Assembly (NCBI GenBank): GCA_963652365.1 | Contig: CAVJTH010000001.1 | Location: 62,760 to 126,759, forward strand | Origin: Senegalimassilia sp. | Lineage (GTDB): Bacteria; Fibrobacterota; Fibrobacteria; Fibrobacterales; Fibrobacteraceae | Direction: 5' to 3' | Length of the DNA: 64,000 nt | In this document: positions 28,201 through 39,669 of the stretch, one piece after another | Numbering within the stretch: the stretch's first letter is position 1 | How the letters are laid out: the number at the start of each line of letters is the position of its first letter | Made by a program: the position numbers and the translations under genes | The notes under the pieces: model-generated | The model's database searches: none | The model's input: the letters and a program-made list of their open reading frames with translations, nothing else | Told to the model about the DNA's origin: nothing

Positions 28201-28716
28201 ATGAAAGCTGTAGTTAAAAAACAACAGAAAGTTGATTCCATCGTCAAAGCGTTCGAAGGTGCTGCGTCTATCTATCTTCTCAACTACGAGAAGATTCCCG
28301 TAGAACTCGACAACAAGCTGCGTAAGGATCTCAAGTCCAAGAACGTCAAGTACATCGCTGTCAAGAACACGCTCTTGAAGAGGGTTCTCGAAAAGATGAA
28401 TGTCACCGGCTTGGACGAAGTGCTCACGGGCGCGACTTCCGTTATGGTGGGGCCTGCTGACGATCCGATTCTGCCGGCGCGCGAAATCGAAAACTTCCAC
28501 AAGGAAAATCCCGATTTCCTCGTCGCCAAGAGCGTTTACCTCGAAGGTAAAGTCAGGCCGGGAACCGACGTTGTTGAACTTTCCAAGATTCCGGATCGCA
28601 AGGGCATGCTTGCCCAGTTGGTCACGATCATTCTTGGACCGGGTTCCACAATTGCGGGCCAAATCAAATCCCTCACGGAAAAACTGGAAAAGGAACAGGC
28701 TGGAGCTACCGCCTAA
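28201..28716 (+). CDS. rplJ: 50S ribosomal protein L10
   Basis: 171 aa. Placed between rplA and rplL, with an L10-like N-terminal block. Confidence 0.9.
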   Translation: MKAVVKKQQKVDSIVKAFEGAASIYLLNYEKIPVELDNKLRKDLKSKNVKYIAVKNTLLKRVLEKMNVTGLDEVLTGATSVMVGPADDPILPAREIENFHKENPDFLVAKSVYLEGKVRPGTDVVELSKIPDRKGMLAQLVTIILGPGSTIAGQIKSLTEKLEKEQAGATA

Positions 28717-28776
28717 TCCCCAACACAACCACTCACAAACAACTTTTTCAAAACGGAATAATTGGAGAAAAACATC

Positions 28777-29148
28777 ATGGCAACAGATATCAAGGCTATT
28801 GGTGATCAAATCGCGGGTCTCACCCTTCTCGAAGCCAAGCAATTGGCTGACTACCTCAAGGAAGCGCACGGCATCGAAGCTGCCGCTGGTGGCGTTGTCG
28901 TCGCCGCTGCCGCCGCTGGTGCTGCCGCAGAAGAAAAGACCGAATTTGACGTTATCCTCGCGGAATGCGGCGCCAACAAGATGGCCGTTCTCAAGGCTGT
29001 CCGTGCTATCACGGGTCTTGGCTTGAAGGAAGCCAAGGAAATGGTCGAGAAGGCCAACAGCGTTGTGAAGGAAGCCGCTCCGAAGGCTGACGCCGAAAAG
29101 ATGAAGAAGGATCTCGAAGACCTTGGCGCCAAGGTCGTCCTGAAGTAA
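28777..29148 (+). CDS. rplL: 50S ribosomal protein L7/L12
   Basis: Uses internal ATG28777 with SD GGAGA. It has an Ala-rich hinge and a C-terminal [11 protein letters not shown]...[11 protein letters not shown]. Confidence 0.95.
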   Translation: MATDIKAIGDQIAGLTLLEAKQLADYLKEAHGIEAAAGGVVVAAAAAGAAAEEKTEFDVILAECGANKMAVLKAVRAITGLGLKEAKEMVEKANSVVKEAAPKADAEKMKKDLEDLGAKVVLK

Positions 29149-29182
29149 TGTCTTCAGTTCTTTAATTAGAACACTCCAAAAT

Positions 29183-29215
29183 GCCTGCACGCATGTGTGG
29201 GCTTTTGGTGTTTTT
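29183..29215 (+). terminator. rplL-rpoB intergenic hairpin plus U-tract (attenuator-like)
   Basis: gcctgcac-gcat-gtgtgggc, an 8-bp stem including G-U pairs, followed by TTTTGGTGTTTTT. The position matches the known rplL-rpoB attenuator of other bacteria. Confidence 0.5.
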
Positions 29216-29253
29216 CCCGTGTTCAAGGTTTTTTCACTGGATGAGGTTTTTAA

Positions 29254-32200
29254 ATGACGGAGCGAAAGAATTATTCCTCCAATAAGTTCCAGTTGGAACT
29301 TCCGTATCTGGTCGAAGTGCAGAAAGCTTCTTATGACCACTTCCTCCAAAAGGGCGTTCCTCCCGAGAAGCGTCTCAAAGTAGGTCTGGAACGCGTTTTC
29401 CAGGACATTTTCCCCATCACAGACATGAAGAGGCTCTTCGCGCTGAAGTACGAAGGCTACTTCTTCGGGATTCCCAAGTACAGCCTTCGCGAATGCCGTG
29501 AACGCGGTCTAACACACTCCATTCCGCTGCATGCGAATCTTTCGCTCCAGGTCTTTGAGGAAGACGGGGAAGATCGCAAGCTGAAGGAAGAAATCAAGAA
29601 TGACGTCCTGATTTGCGAACTTCCGATCATGACGGACAATGGGACTTTCATCATCAACGGTGCGGAACGCGTTGTCGTTTCCCAGTTGCACCGTTCTCCC
29701 GGCGTGAGCTTTGACGAAGAACTGCTTCCCAACGGACGTTCCAACTACAAGAGCCGTATCATCCCGCATCGTGGCGCATGGGTGGAATTCAATACGGACG
29801 GCGATATCCTCTACCTGATTATCGACCGCAAGAAGAAAATCCCGGCTACGGCGCTTCTCCGCTGCATTGGCTTTGAAACGACCGCCGAAATTATCGCCCT
29901 GTTCTACAAGAATCTCGAAAAGGTCACACTCTCTGCCGGGGACATGGAGCAATACTATGGCCGCATTGTCGCCGCGGACGTGATCGATACGTCTTCGGGC
30001 GAAGTGATCCTTGACGCGAACCGCGTGTTTGACGACAAGTGCGCCGACCGCTTGACGGAAAGCGGACTTTTCGAAGTCTCGTTCCTCGCAAAGAACGAAG
30101 AAAACCTGCTCATCCACAATACGCTTCTCGCCGACAAGTGCAAGACGAAGGAAGAGGCCCTGAAGCTCATCTACTTTGTGATGCACCAGTCCCAGGAAGA
30201 GGCTCCGAACATGGCGACCGCGCAAATCGCCTTCGAGAGCACGTTCCTTGACGATCCGCGCAAGTATGATCTGGGCGAAGTGGGACGCTATCGGCTGAAC
30301 GCGAAAGTCTATACGCCGGCAATCGAAAAGATTCTTTCGGAAAACAACCTTTCGAAGCCTTCCCTGAACACGATGACGATGACGGAAGCGGACTTCCTGG
30401 GCATCATCGAGTATATGGTCGGACTCTATTGCGACCTTGACGGCTACAGCCTCGACGATATCGACCATCTGGGCAACCGCCGCACGCGTTCCGTCGGTGA
30501 ACTTGTCGCAAACCAGCTCTCGGTCGGACTTTCCCGCATGAGCCGCGTCATTCGCGAAAACTTCACTTCCGGCGATAACGAGACTCCGACGCCTCGCGAC
30601 CTGGTGAATACCCGTACGGTGAATTCCGTTGTGCAGGCGTTCTTCTGCTCCAGCCAGCTTTCCCAGTTCATGGACCAGATGAACCCGCTTTCCGAGCTGA
30701 CGCACAAGCGCCGTCTTTCGGCTCTCGGTCCGGGAGGCCTTTCCCGCGAACGCGCAGGCTTCGAAGTCCGCGACGTTCATTACACGCATTACGGCCGTCT
30801 CTGCCCGATCGAAACGCCGGAAGGTCCGAACATCGGTCTTATCAACTCGCTCGCCACGTTTGCCGTGGTGAACCATTTCGGCTTTATCGAAACGCCTTAC
30901 CGCGTTGTCGGCCTGATGGAGTTCAAGGATTCGAACGGAAAGTCCTGCTATTTCCCCGAAGAGAAGTGGCACTTTGGACTGTACAAGGGCTTTGTCCGCG
31001 AACCGAGACTCTTTGTCCAGCTGGAACTTTCCGCGAAGGAAATTGCGGAAGTTCGCGCAAATCTCGACGGCAACCAGCGCGTCCTGTTCGATTCCTTTGT
31101 AAACAAGGTCTTCGAATTCAAGAATGCGGACGGATCCAGCTACTTTGTTCGCAACGGTACGCCGCTGGAGGCTTTCTCCGGCAAGGCGGACTATGTGCTG
31201 GTTTCCTCGATGCTTTACGAAGTGGTCTCTTCGTTCATCGTCTATCTGACGGCGGATGAAGAAGACTCCTATAACATCGCTCCGGCGAATACGGCTCTCG
31301 TTTCCGCCGCGTTTGACCCGCTGTTCGATTCGATGCTCTCGGACGCTTCGACAGAAGAAGAGAAGAAGAACATCTCCGATCGTCACCAGCTCGCCGCCTT
31401 TGCGGAAGATTTCGTGATGGTTCGCGAAAAGGATGAATACCCGCTCAAGGCGCGCGTCATTCCGGGTGGCGAGATTGACGATTCCGGTCGCTTTGCCGAA
31501 GGATCGGTTCCGAAAATCGACGTAAATTCCCTGGACGACGAGACGATTGGATCCCGTATCGACCTGATGGACGTTTCCCCGCAGCAGATCATTTCGGTGG
31601 CTGCCGGTCTGATTCCGTTCCTCGAGCACGATGATGCGAACCGCGCCCTGATGGGCTCGAACATGCAGCGCCAGGCTGTGCCGTTGCTCCGCTCGGAAGC
31701 TCCGGTGGTCGGAACTGGCCTGGAACGCCGTGCCGCATTGGATTCGGGAACGGTTGTTCGCGCCAAGCACGAAGGCCGCATCAAGTTTGTCGATGCGACA
31801 ACGGTCATCGTGGAACGCGGAACTCTCGATGCGGATGGAGAGTTCCAGCCGCTCGAAGGTCTCGGAGAAAACTTCGAGTTCCTCGATCACGAACCGATCG
31901 ACGAATACAGGCTGCGCAAGTTTGAACGTTCCAACCAGGATTCCTGCATCAACCAGAAGCCCGTTGTGAATGTCGGCGACTTTGTGAAGAAGGGCGACGT
32001 TCTCGCTGACGGCGCTTCGACGGAACACGGCGAGCTCGCTCTCGGAAAGAACATCCTGATCGCCTTTATCCCGTGGAACGGCTACAACTACGAAGACGCA
32101 GTCATCGTTTCCGAAGAACTCGCCATCAAGGATGCCTTCACGTCTATCCACATCGAAGAATACGAAGTGGAAGTTCGCGAAACGAAGCGCGGCCCGGAAG

Positions 32201-33630
32201 AGCTCACGCGCGAAATTCCGAACGTTGGCGAGGACGCTCTCAAGAACCTCGACGAACGCGGCATCATTCGTGTCGGCGCCGAAGTCCACGCCGACGACAT
32301 TCTCGTTGGCAAGGTGACCCCGAAGGGCGAAACGGAGCTTTCTCCGGAAGAACGCCTGCTTCGCGCCATCTTTGGCGAAAAGGCTGGCGATGTCCGCGAC
32401 ACGTCGCTTGTCGCGCCTCCGGGCATGAAGGGCGTCGTGATCGAAACGCGTGTCTTTAGCCGCAAGGACCATAACGACAAGAAGAGCCGCGCCGAAGACC
32501 AGGAAAAGATCAACGAGATCAAGGAACGTTTCCAGGCCGATATCGACAAGATCAAGAGCACCTGCGCGAACGCGATGGTCGGAATGCTTGCCGGCAAGAC
32601 TTCGGGAAACATCGTCGATTTCGACACGCACGAAGTTCGCATCCCGGACGGTTCCACCCTTTCGGAAAGAATCCTCCGCGGTCTGGATCTTTTGACGCTT
32701 GCCCCGTCCTCGATCTTTGCGCGTGACGACGAAGAAATTCAGGAAAAGGCTTCCAGCCTGCTCTCGGTTGCCCGCGAATCGGTCGATCGCCTGACTCGGA
32801 CGATGGAAAAGGAAATCGACAAGGTGACGAAGGGCGACGAACTCAAGCCCGGCGTTCTCCAGACGGTGAAAGTCTATATCGCCAAGAAGCGCCGCCTCTC
32901 GGTGGGCGACAAGATGGCGGGTCGTCACGGAAACAAGGGTTGCGTTTCGAAGATCGTGCCGGTCGAGGACATGCCGTTTACCGAAGACGGTCGTCCGATC
33001 CAGATTCTTCTGAACCCGCTGGGCGTTCCGTCCCGTATGAACGTCGGACAGGTTCTCGAAGTGCACCTGGGTTGGGCCGCGAAGGTTCTCGGCATGAAGA
33101 TCGCGACGCCTGTGTTTGACGGCGCGTCGTTTGACGACATCGTCGGCGAGCTGGAAAAGGCTTACCAGAAGATGCCGATCGTCGATTACAAGATGGATCC
33201 CGAAAACGGTCACATCATCGGCAAGGCGAAGCTTTACGACGGACGTACCGGCGAAGCCTTCCTGAACCCGGTGACTATCGGCTACATGTATTATCTCAAG
33301 CTCGGACACCTTGTGGAAGACAAGATCCACGCCCGTTCGATCGGTTCGTATGCGCTTGTGACGCAGCAGCCGCTCGGCGGCAAGAGCCAGTTCGGTGGAC
33401 AGCGATTCGGCGAAATGGAAGTCTGGGCTCTCGAAGCCTACGGTGCCGCCTACACGCTCCAGGAACTTCTCACGGTGAAGTCCGACGACGTGATGGGCCG
33501 TTCCAAGATTTACGACGCGATTGTCCACGGCAAGAACACGCCGGAACCGGGCATTCCCGAATCGTTCAACGTGATGATCCGCGAAGTCCGTTCGCTCTGC
33601 CTTGACATCAAGACTATTGGAGAAAAGTAA
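29254..33630 (+). CDS. rpoB: DNA-directed RNA polymerase subunit beta (1,458 aa, with lineage-specific insertions)
   Basis: Conserved blocks include FIINGAERVVVSQLHRSPG, LIPFLEHDDANRALMGSNMQRQAVP and GDKMAGRHGNKG. Confidence 0.98.
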   Translation: MTERKNYSSNKFQLELPYLVEVQKASYDHFLQKGVPPEKRLKVGLERVFQDIFPITDMKRLFALKYEGYFFGIPKYSLRECRERGLTHSIPLHANLSLQVFEEDGEDRKLKEEIKNDVLICELPIMTDNGTFIINGAERVVVSQLHRSPGVSFDEELLPNGRSNYKSRIIPHRGAWVEFNTDGDILYLIIDRKKKIPATALLRCIGFETTAEIIALFYKNLEKVTLSAGDMEQYYGRIVAADVIDTSSGEVILDANRVFDDKCADRLTESGLFEVSFLAKNEENLLIHNTLLADKCKTKEEALKLIYFVMHQSQEEAPNMATAQIAFESTFLDDPRKYDLGEVGRYRLNAKVYTPAIEKILSENNLSKPSLNTMTMTEADFLGIIEYMVGLYCDLDGYSLDDIDHLGNRRTRSVGELVANQLSVGLSRMSRVIRENFTSGDNETPTPRDLVNTRTVNSVVQAFFCSSQLSQFMDQMNPLSELTHKRRLSALGPGGLSRERAGFEVRDVHYTHYGRLCPIETPEGPNIGLINSLATFAVVNHFGFIETPYRVVGLMEFKDSNGKSCYFPEEKWHFGLYKGFVREPRLFVQLELSAKEIAEVRANLDGNQRVLFDSFVNKVFEFKNADGSSYFVRNGTPLEAFSGKADYVLVSSMLYEVVSSFIVYLTADEEDSYNIAPANTALVSAAFDPLFDSMLSDASTEEEKKNISDRHQLAAFAEDFVMVREKDEYPLKARVIPGGEIDDSGRFAEGSVPKIDVNSLDDETIGSRIDLMDVSPQQIISVAAGLIPFLEHDDANRALMGSNMQRQAVPLLRSEAPVVGTGLERRAALDSGTVVRAKHEGRIKFVDATTVIVERGTLDADGEFQPLEGLGENFEFLDHEPIDEYRLRKFERSNQDSCINQKPVVNVGDFVKKGDVLADGASTEHGELALGKNILIAFIPWNGYNYEDAVIVSEELAIKDAFTSIHIEEYEVEVRETKRGPEELTREIPNVGEDALKNLDERGIIRVGAEVHADDILVGKVTPKGETELSPEERLLRAIFGEKAGDVRDTSLVAPPGMKGVVIETRVFSRKDHNDKKSRAEDQEKINEIKERFQADIDKIKSTCANAMVGMLAGKTSGNIVDFDTHEVRIPDGSTLSERILRGLDLLTLAPSSIFARDDEEIQEKASSLLSVARESVDRLTRTMEKEIDKVTKGDELKPGVLQTVKVYIAKKRRLSVGDKMAGRHGNKGCVSKIVPVEDMPFTEDGRPIQILLNPLGVPSRMNVGQVLEVHLGWAAKVLGMKIATPVFDGASFDDIVGELEKAYQKMPIVDYKMDPENGHIIGKAKLYDGRTGEAFLNPVTIGYMYYLKLGHLVEDKIHARSIGSYALVTQQPLGGKSQFGGQRFGEMEVWALEAYGAAYTLQELLTVKSDDVMGRSKIYDAIVHGKNTPEPGIPESFNVMIREVRSLCLDIKTIGEK

Positions 33631-33631
33631 T

Positions 33632-36600
33632 ATGTCAGAAGAAACTTTCGATTATTCTGAAAGCAATAATGGTGAAGTTTCCATTCACCTCGCTTCTCCT
33701 GAATTGATTCGTCAGTGGTCTTATGGTGAAGTCACCAAGCCAGAAACGATCAATTACCGTTCTTTCAAGCCGGAACGCGACGGTCTGTTCTGCGAACGCA
33801 TCTTCGGACCGGTCAAGAACTGGGAATGCAACTGCGGCAAGTACAAGCGGATCCGCTTCAAGGGCGTCATCTGCGACCGCTGCGGCGTGGAAGTCACCCA
33901 TTCCAAGGTTCGTCGCGAGCGCATGGGGCATATCGAGCTCGCCATTCCGCTTGCGCATGTCTGGTTTGTCAAGAACCAGCCGTGTGTGCTCGGCGCTCTC
34001 CTGAATCTGGACACCAAGTCTCTCGATAACGTCATCTATTACGAGAAGTACATCGTTCTCGATCCGGGCGATACGGATCTAGAGCCGAACTCGCTCATCG
34101 ACGAGAACAAGTATATCGACCTCGAACGGGAAGGTCGCCATTTCTCGGCGAAGATGGGCGCTGCCGCCCTGAAGCAGCTCCTCGCCCAGGTCGATTTTGT
34201 CAAGCTTTCGGACGAGCTCCGCCTGGATGCCCAGTCCAAGTCCAAGACAAAGCGCGACGAGGCGATCAAGCGCCTGAAAATCGTCGAAGCGTTCAAGAAG
34301 TCCCAGATGGACGACTTCTATTCCTACTACGAGAATCCGGAAAAGAAGAAGAACAGCGACATGCCGTGGGCGAAGGAGCTCGCCGAAAAGGTCGAGGACT
34401 TCAAGTATGGTGTCATCGGTTCCGACGGGGAACGCAAGGGCGGCTATGCCGCGAAGTGCGAAGGCAAGGAATTTGACCTGCTCGACGCCCTGTGCGAATT
34501 CCGCAGAATGTATCCGGCGCAGGCGAAGAACCTTTCGAACCAGCCCGAATGGATGATCCTGGACGTTCTCCCGGTGATTCCTCCCGATCTGCGTCCGCTC
34601 GTTCCGCTCGATGGCGGCCGCTTTGCGACTTCCGACCTGAACGAACTGTATCGTCGAGTCATCAACCGCAACAACCGCCTGAAGAAGCTGATCGACATCA
34701 AGGCTCCGGACGTGATTCTCTGCAACGAAAAGAGAATGCTCCAGGAAGCGGTGGACCAGCTGTTCGATAGCGGCCGTCGTACGGCTCGTGCCGGTTCCAA
34801 CCGTCCGCTCAAGTCGCTCTCCGAACTTCTGAAGGGCAAGCAGGGACGCTTCCGCATGAACCTCCTCGGCAAGCGCGTGGACTATTCGGGACGTTCCGTC
34901 ATTGTCGTCGGACCGGAACTGAAGATGCACCAGTGCGGACTTCCGAAACGGATGGCTCTCGAACTTTACAAGCCGTTTATCATCCAGCGTCTGGAAGAGG
35001 ACGGCGTTGTCTATACGCTCAAGGCGGCAAAGAAGTTTGTCGATGCCGAAAAGCCCGAAGTCTGGGATATTCTCGAACAGATTATCGAAGACCACCCGGT
35101 GATGCTGAACCGCGCACCGACCCTTCACCGCCTAGGTATCCAGGCTTTCTATCCGAAGCTTATCGAAGGCAGCGCCATTCGTCTGCACCCGCTCGTCTGT
35201 ACCGCTTTCAACGCGGACTTTGACGGTGACCAGATGGCCGTGCACCTTCCGCTTTCCTTTGAAACGCAGCTCGAATGCCGCGTCCTCATGCTTTCGTCGA
35301 ACAACATCCTGCACCCGGCATCCGGTCAGCCGATCGCCGTTCCGGGACAGGATATCGTGCTCGGCCTCTACTACATTTCGAAGCCGCGTCCGAATCGCAA
35401 GGGTGCCGGAATGCGTTTCTATGACGCTGCCGAAGCTCTCCGCGCTTACGGAAACGGCGTGATCGATCTGAATGCCGAATGCTACCTCCAGTTGCCCGCA
35501 GGCCGAAAGATCTACATGGGCGCGCTCGAAGCGGATACCCCGTGCCTTACGGAGCAGCCGGACGACAACGGCAATCGCGACGTCGTGGCGAAGGCCGGCC
35601 AGAAGGTCAAGTTCCTCACGCTGAAGGAACCCGCCGTCATCAAGACGACGATGGGACGCATCGTGCTGAACGAAATCATCCCGAACGATGTCGGCTTTGC
35701 GAACGAGACTTTCAGCAAGAAGGTCATTGCGAAGTCCATCGACGATCTCTATCGTCGCACGGGAAACCGCGTGACGGTCGAATACCTCGACGATCTCAAG
35801 GCGCTGGGTTACAAGTGGGCCATGATTTCCGGCTCGTCTGTCGCTATCGCGGAAATGATCATTCCGCCCGAGAAGCAGAACATGCTCGACGAAGCGACGG
35901 AAAAGGTCAATCGCATCCGCGAACTTTACGAAGACGGCGTGATTACCGACGGCGAACGCTACAACCAGATAATCGACGTGTGGTCCAAGACGACGGGCGA
36001 CGTGGCTGCCAAGCAGTGGGATCTTCTTTCCCATGACCGCGACGGTTTCAACCCGGTCTATATGATGGCGGATTCCGGCGCCCGCGGTAGCCGCGAACAG
36101 ATCAAGCAGCTGTCCGGTATGCGCGGTCTGATGCAGAAGCCGACAAAGCAGCTCGGCGGCCAGGAAGTTATCGAAAACCCGATCAAGTCCTGCTTCCGCG
36201 AAGGCCTGAACGAAATGGAATACTTCATTTCGGCTCACGGTGCGCGCAAGGGTCTTGCCGATACCGCACTGAAAACCGCCGATGCCGGTTACCTGACCCG
36301 TCGTCTTGTCGATGTGGCGCAGGATCTCGTCATCGTCGAAGAGGATTGCCATACGAAGGATGGCATCGATATTTCCGCTTACAAGGATGGCGACGACACC
36401 ATCATCTCGCTGGAAGAGCGTCTCCTGGGACGCGCTCCGGTCGAAGACATCGTTCACCCGGTTTCGGGCGAAGTGATCGTCAAGGCGGGCGATCTTGTCA
36501 CGGAACGCGATCTTTCGAAGATTTCCGCGACGGGTCTCGAACATGTGAAGATGCGTTCTGTCCTGACCTGCGAAGCGCGCAACGGCGTCTGCGCCAAGTG

Positions 36601-38116
36601 CTACGGTCGTATGCTGGCTTCCGGCCGTCCGGTGGATCTGGGCGAAGCTGTCGGCGTGATCGCCGCGCAGTCTATCGGTGAACCGGGTACGCAGCTGACC
36701 CTGAGAACGTTCCACATCGGTGGCGCTTCGAGCCGTCTGACTGTCGAAAATTCGAAGAGCGCTCCGGTAGATGGCCGCATCGAGCTGGACAACGTCAACA
36801 CTCTCGAACACGATGGCAACAAGGTCGTCGTGAGCCGAATGGGCGAACTGGTCATCTTTGACTCGACCGGGATCAACAAGGGCCGTTGGCAGATTCCGTA
36901 TGGCGCGACGCTGTACGTGAACGATGGCGATACGGTCACGAAGGATGCCAAGCTCTTTGAATGGGATCCTTACACGCAGCCCGTTCTCAGCAACGCGAGC
37001 GGCAAGATCCAGTTTGTCGATTTGATCGAAAACACGACATATCGCGTCGATAAGGACGATGTGACGGGCGTGGAAACGTGGACCGTCATCAGCGACCGTC
37101 ACGGCAAGCATCGTCCGGCGATCAACGTCGTCGATGCGAGCGGCGAACGCCAGGGCGTTTACTACCTGCCGGATGGCGCCATTCTTACCGTTCACGAAGG
37201 CGACAAGGCGGAGCCGGGCGAAATCCTCGCCAAGCTTCCCCGCGCGGTCGGAAAGACCAAGGACATTACCGGCGGTCTTCCGCGTGTCGCGGAACTTTTC
37301 GAAGCGCGCATTCCGAAGAATGTCGCGGTCATCGCACCGATCGACGGTATCGTCAAATACGGTAACGAAGAGCGCGGCAACCAGAAGGTGATCATCGAAA
37401 ACGGCGACGAGTCTCAGAGCGTTCTCGTTCCTCGCGGACGTCACCTGGCGGTTCTCGAAGGCGACCGTGTCCGCAGAGGCCAGAAGATCTGCGACGGTTC
37501 CGTGGATCCGCATGACATCCTCCGCGTGCAGGGCCCCGAAGCGGTCCAGCGCCACCTGGTGAACGAGATCCAGGCGGTCTATCGCTTGCAGGGCGTGGCC
37601 ATCGCCGATAAGCATATCGAATGCATTGTCCGCCAGATGATGCGCAAGGTTAAAATTTCCGATCCGGGGGATTCCGATCTCTTGCAAGATGAAGAAATCT
37701 CCAAGGCGCGCTTGCGCGTGAAAAACGATTCGTTGAGAAAAGAAGGCAAGAAGGAAGCCTCGGGCAATCCGATGCTCCTCGGTATCACCAAGTCCTCGCT
37801 CTCGACGGATAGCTTCATTTCCGCAGCGTCCTTCCAGGAAACAACCAAGATCCTCACTCGTGCCGCTATCGAAGGTAGTGTGGATCCGTTGATGGGTCTT
37901 AAGGAAAACGTCATCATGGGACACCTGATTCCTTGCGGAACGGGCGCGCGCCATCTGCGTGACGTTGTGGTCATCGATGCCGATGCCGAAGCGGAAGCCG
38001 CCGCAAGCCGCGCTGCCCAGGCTCAGGACGACGACGGCCAAAACGGCGGTGTCGAATTTACGATGCCGGATACCGGTTCCGAAGCCTCGGAAGATAATGG
38101 TGAAAATCCCGAATAA
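33632..38116 (+). CDS. rpoC: DNA-directed RNA polymerase subunit beta' (1,494 aa)
   Basis: Uses internal ATG33632, 1 nt after the rpoB stop. Carries the Zn finger [23 protein letters not shown] and [12 protein letters not shown]. Confidence 0.98.
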   Translation: MSEETFDYSESNNGEVSIHLASPELIRQWSYGEVTKPETINYRSFKPERDGLFCERIFGPVKNWECNCGKYKRIRFKGVICDRCGVEVTHSKVRRERMGHIELAIPLAHVWFVKNQPCVLGALLNLDTKSLDNVIYYEKYIVLDPGDTDLEPNSLIDENKYIDLEREGRHFSAKMGAAALKQLLAQVDFVKLSDELRLDAQSKSKTKRDEAIKRLKIVEAFKKSQMDDFYSYYENPEKKKNSDMPWAKELAEKVEDFKYGVIGSDGERKGGYAAKCEGKEFDLLDALCEFRRMYPAQAKNLSNQPEWMILDVLPVIPPDLRPLVPLDGGRFATSDLNELYRRVINRNNRLKKLIDIKAPDVILCNEKRMLQEAVDQLFDSGRRTARAGSNRPLKSLSELLKGKQGRFRMNLLGKRVDYSGRSVIVVGPELKMHQCGLPKRMALELYKPFIIQRLEEDGVVYTLKAAKKFVDAEKPEVWDILEQIIEDHPVMLNRAPTLHRLGIQAFYPKLIEGSAIRLHPLVCTAFNADFDGDQMAVHLPLSFETQLECRVLMLSSNNILHPASGQPIAVPGQDIVLGLYYISKPRPNRKGAGMRFYDAAEALRAYGNGVIDLNAECYLQLPAGRKIYMGALEADTPCLTEQPDDNGNRDVVAKAGQKVKFLTLKEPAVIKTTMGRIVLNEIIPNDVGFANETFSKKVIAKSIDDLYRRTGNRVTVEYLDDLKALGYKWAMISGSSVAIAEMIIPPEKQNMLDEATEKVNRIRELYEDGVITDGERYNQIIDVWSKTTGDVAAKQWDLLSHDRDGFNPVYMMADSGARGSREQIKQLSGMRGLMQKPTKQLGGQEVIENPIKSCFREGLNEMEYFISAHGARKGLADTALKTADAGYLTRRLVDVAQDLVIVEEDCHTKDGIDISAYKDGDDTIISLEERLLGRAPVEDIVHPVSGEVIVKAGDLVTERDLSKISATGLEHVKMRSVLTCEARNGVCAKCYGRMLASGRPVDLGEAVGVIAAQSIGEPGTQLTLRTFHIGGASSRLTVENSKSAPVDGRIELDNVNTLEHDGNKVVVSRMGELVIFDSTGINKGRWQIPYGATLYVNDGDTVTKDAKLFEWDPYTQPVLSNASGKIQFVDLIENTTYRVDKDDVTGVETWTVISDRHGKHRPAINVVDASGERQGVYYLPDGAILTVHEGDKAEPGEILAKLPRAVGKTKDITGGLPRVAELFEARIPKNVAVIAPIDGIVKYGNEERGNQKVIIENGDESQSVLVPRGRHLAVLEGDRVRRGQKICDGSVDPHDILRVQGPEAVQRHLVNEIQAVYRLQGVAIADKHIECIVRQMMRKVKISDPGDSDLLQDEEISKARLRVKNDSLRKEGKKEASGNPMLLGITKSSLSTDSFISAASFQETTKILTRAAIEGSVDPLMGLKENVIMGHLIPCGTGARHLRDVVVIDADAEAEAAASRAAQAQDDDGQNGGVEFTMPDTGSEASEDNGENPE

Positions 38117-38130
38117 TCGAGAGGTAAAAC

Positions 38131-38160
38131 TTGAAATTATTCGAAAAAGAACTATATTTG
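38131..38160 (+). promoter_or_regulatory. candidate internal promoter upstream of rpsL
   Basis: TTGAAA (38131-36), 16 nt, then TATATTTG (38153-60). It lies 28 nt upstream of the rpsL ATG. Confidence 0.4.
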
Positions 38161-38187
38161 GACTTCCAAAATTAGGGAAAAAGAAAA

Positions 38188-38571
38188 ATGCCTACTATAC
38201 AACAGCTCGTCCGCAAGGGCCGCGAAAAAATTCTCAACAGAACCGCTTCGCCGGCTTTGAAGCAAAGTCCGCAAAAGCGCGGTGTCTGCACCCGTGTCTA
38301 TACCACCACGCCGAAAAAGCCGAACTCCGCTCTCCGCAAGATTGCGCGTGTCCGCCTTTCGAACAAGATGGAAGTGACCGCCTATATTCCGGGCGAAGGT
38401 CACAACCTCCAGGAACACTCCATCGTTCTTATCCGCGGTGGTCGTGTCAAGGACGTTCCGGGTGTCCGTTACCACATTATCCGCGGCACGCTCGATACCC
38501 AGGCAGTGAACGGTCGTAACCAGGCGCGTTCCAAGTACGGCGTCAAGAGAAAAGCTCCGGCGAAGAAGTAA
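38188..38571 (+). CDS. rpsL: 30S ribosomal protein S12
   Basis: [14 protein letters not shown]...[11 protein letters not shown]. Confidence 0.98.
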   Translation: MPTIQQLVRKGREKILNRTASPALKQSPQKRGVCTRVYTTTPKKPNSALRKIARVRLSNKMEVTAYIPGEGHNLQEHSIVLIRGGRVKDVPGVRYHIIRGTLDTQAVNGRNQARSKYGVKRKAPAKK

Positions 38572-38583
38572 AGGAAGGGCTAC

Positions 38584-39060
38584 ATGTCTAGAAGAAGAAA
38601 GACCATTCACAAGCACACCATTCCGGATCCGCGCTACCATTCCGTCCTTATCACGGAACTCATCGGCGTGGTTCTCAAGCAGGGCAAGAAGACGATTGCG
38701 GAACAGATCGTTTACACGGCTCTCGACATCTTGAACAAGAAGGTGGAAGGCGAAGGCTCTCCGCTCGAAAAGTTCGAAGAATGCCTCGAAAACATCAAGC
38801 CGAAGCTCGAAGTGAAGTCTCGTCGCATTGGCGGTGCAAACTACCAGGTGCCGATGGAAGTCGCACCGGACCGTGCCAAGGCTCTGGCGCTCCGCTGGCT
38901 GCTTGACGCTGCCCGTAACCGCACCGAAGCGAACATGGCCGAACGTCTCGCCGCGGAACTCGTCTCCGCCAAGAACAACGAAGGCAATGCCGTTCGCAAG
39001 AAACAGGACGTGCACAAGATGGCCGAAGCGAACCGTGCCTTTGCGCACTTCCGCTTCTAA
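38584..39060 (+). CDS. rpsG: 30S ribosomal protein S7
   Basis: 158 aa. GANYQVPMEVAPDRAKALALRWL. Confidence 0.97.
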   Translation: MSRRRKTIHKHTIPDPRYHSVLITELIGVVLKQGKKTIAEQIVYTALDILNKKVEGEGSPLEKFEECLENIKPKLEVKSRRIGGANYQVPMEVAPDRAKALALRWLLDAARNRTEANMAERLAAELVSAKNNEGNAVRKKQDVHKMAEANRAFAHFRF

Positions 39061-39088
39061 TACCGTTTAATCCTTTGTTTTGGAAAAA

Positions 39089-39114
39089 GCCCTGCTGCGA
39101 AGCGGGGCTTTTTT
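39089..39114 (+). terminator. strong intrinsic terminator directly after rpsG
   Basis: gccctgc-tgcgaa-gcggggc followed by TTTTTT and preceded by AAAAA. It lies 29 nt after the rpsG stop. Confidence 0.75.
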
Positions 39115-39324
39115 GCGTTGAAATTTTTTATGGGTTGCAAAAATTCTGCGCGTTAGTATTTTTATCACATGCTTCATCTGATTAGACAGCTCTCTTTTCC
39201 CGGCATTTGGCAAGCGGACGAATGGTTTAGGCCTTTTGCTACGTATAGGGGGAGGTGCTGCTAGCTTGTGCAGTATTGAAGTTTGACTCATTCATAAAAA
39301 ATTCACAATCGAAGGAGGGAAAAT

Positions 39325-39669
39325 ATGAAGAACGCCTATGCGCTTCTGTTTTTTGTTGTATGCACAATTTTTCCCGTTGCCTGCGGGGACGATAGCGGGA
39401 CGTCGGCTGGGGGAAAGGAAAGCTCTTCAAGCGGCAAGACGAACTGGAAGTTGATGAACCCGGAAATTTCGTATGGTGAATTGACCGATGCTCGGGATGG
39501 GCAGGTCTATCGGACGGTGGAAATCGGTGACCAGATCTGGATGGCGGAAAACCTGAACTATGCCTATATGGTAAAAACTCAGGAATTGGATTCTTCAAGT
39601 TTCTGTTATGGCAACAAGGTTGAAAACTGTGAAAAATATGGACGCCTCTATTTATTCCGATTTTTCTGA
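39325..39669 (+). pseudogene. 3'-truncated lipoprotein gene with 'Fibrobacter succinogenes major paralogous domain' (TIGR02145-like)
   Basis: Strong SD and lipoprotein signal (LLFFVVCTIFPVACGDD). The domain start is DARDGQVYRTVEIGDQIWMAENLNY...YGRLY, after which the frame ends in LFRFF* and overlaps the 3' end of the PIN gene by 18 nt. Confidence 0.65.

Noticed and set aside
29509-33528. 1,339-aa ORF on the minus strand covering almost all of rpoB
   Set aside because: It is the codon-aligned antisense frame of rpoB (29509-29254 is divisible by 3). It stays open simply because rpoB uses no TTA, CTA or TCA codons over this stretch. The translation is low-complexity and Arg/Asp/Val-rich with no motifs.
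35132-38041. 969-aa antisense ORF within rpoC
   Set aside because: Same codon-aligned antisense artefact as in rpoB. No recognisable domains.
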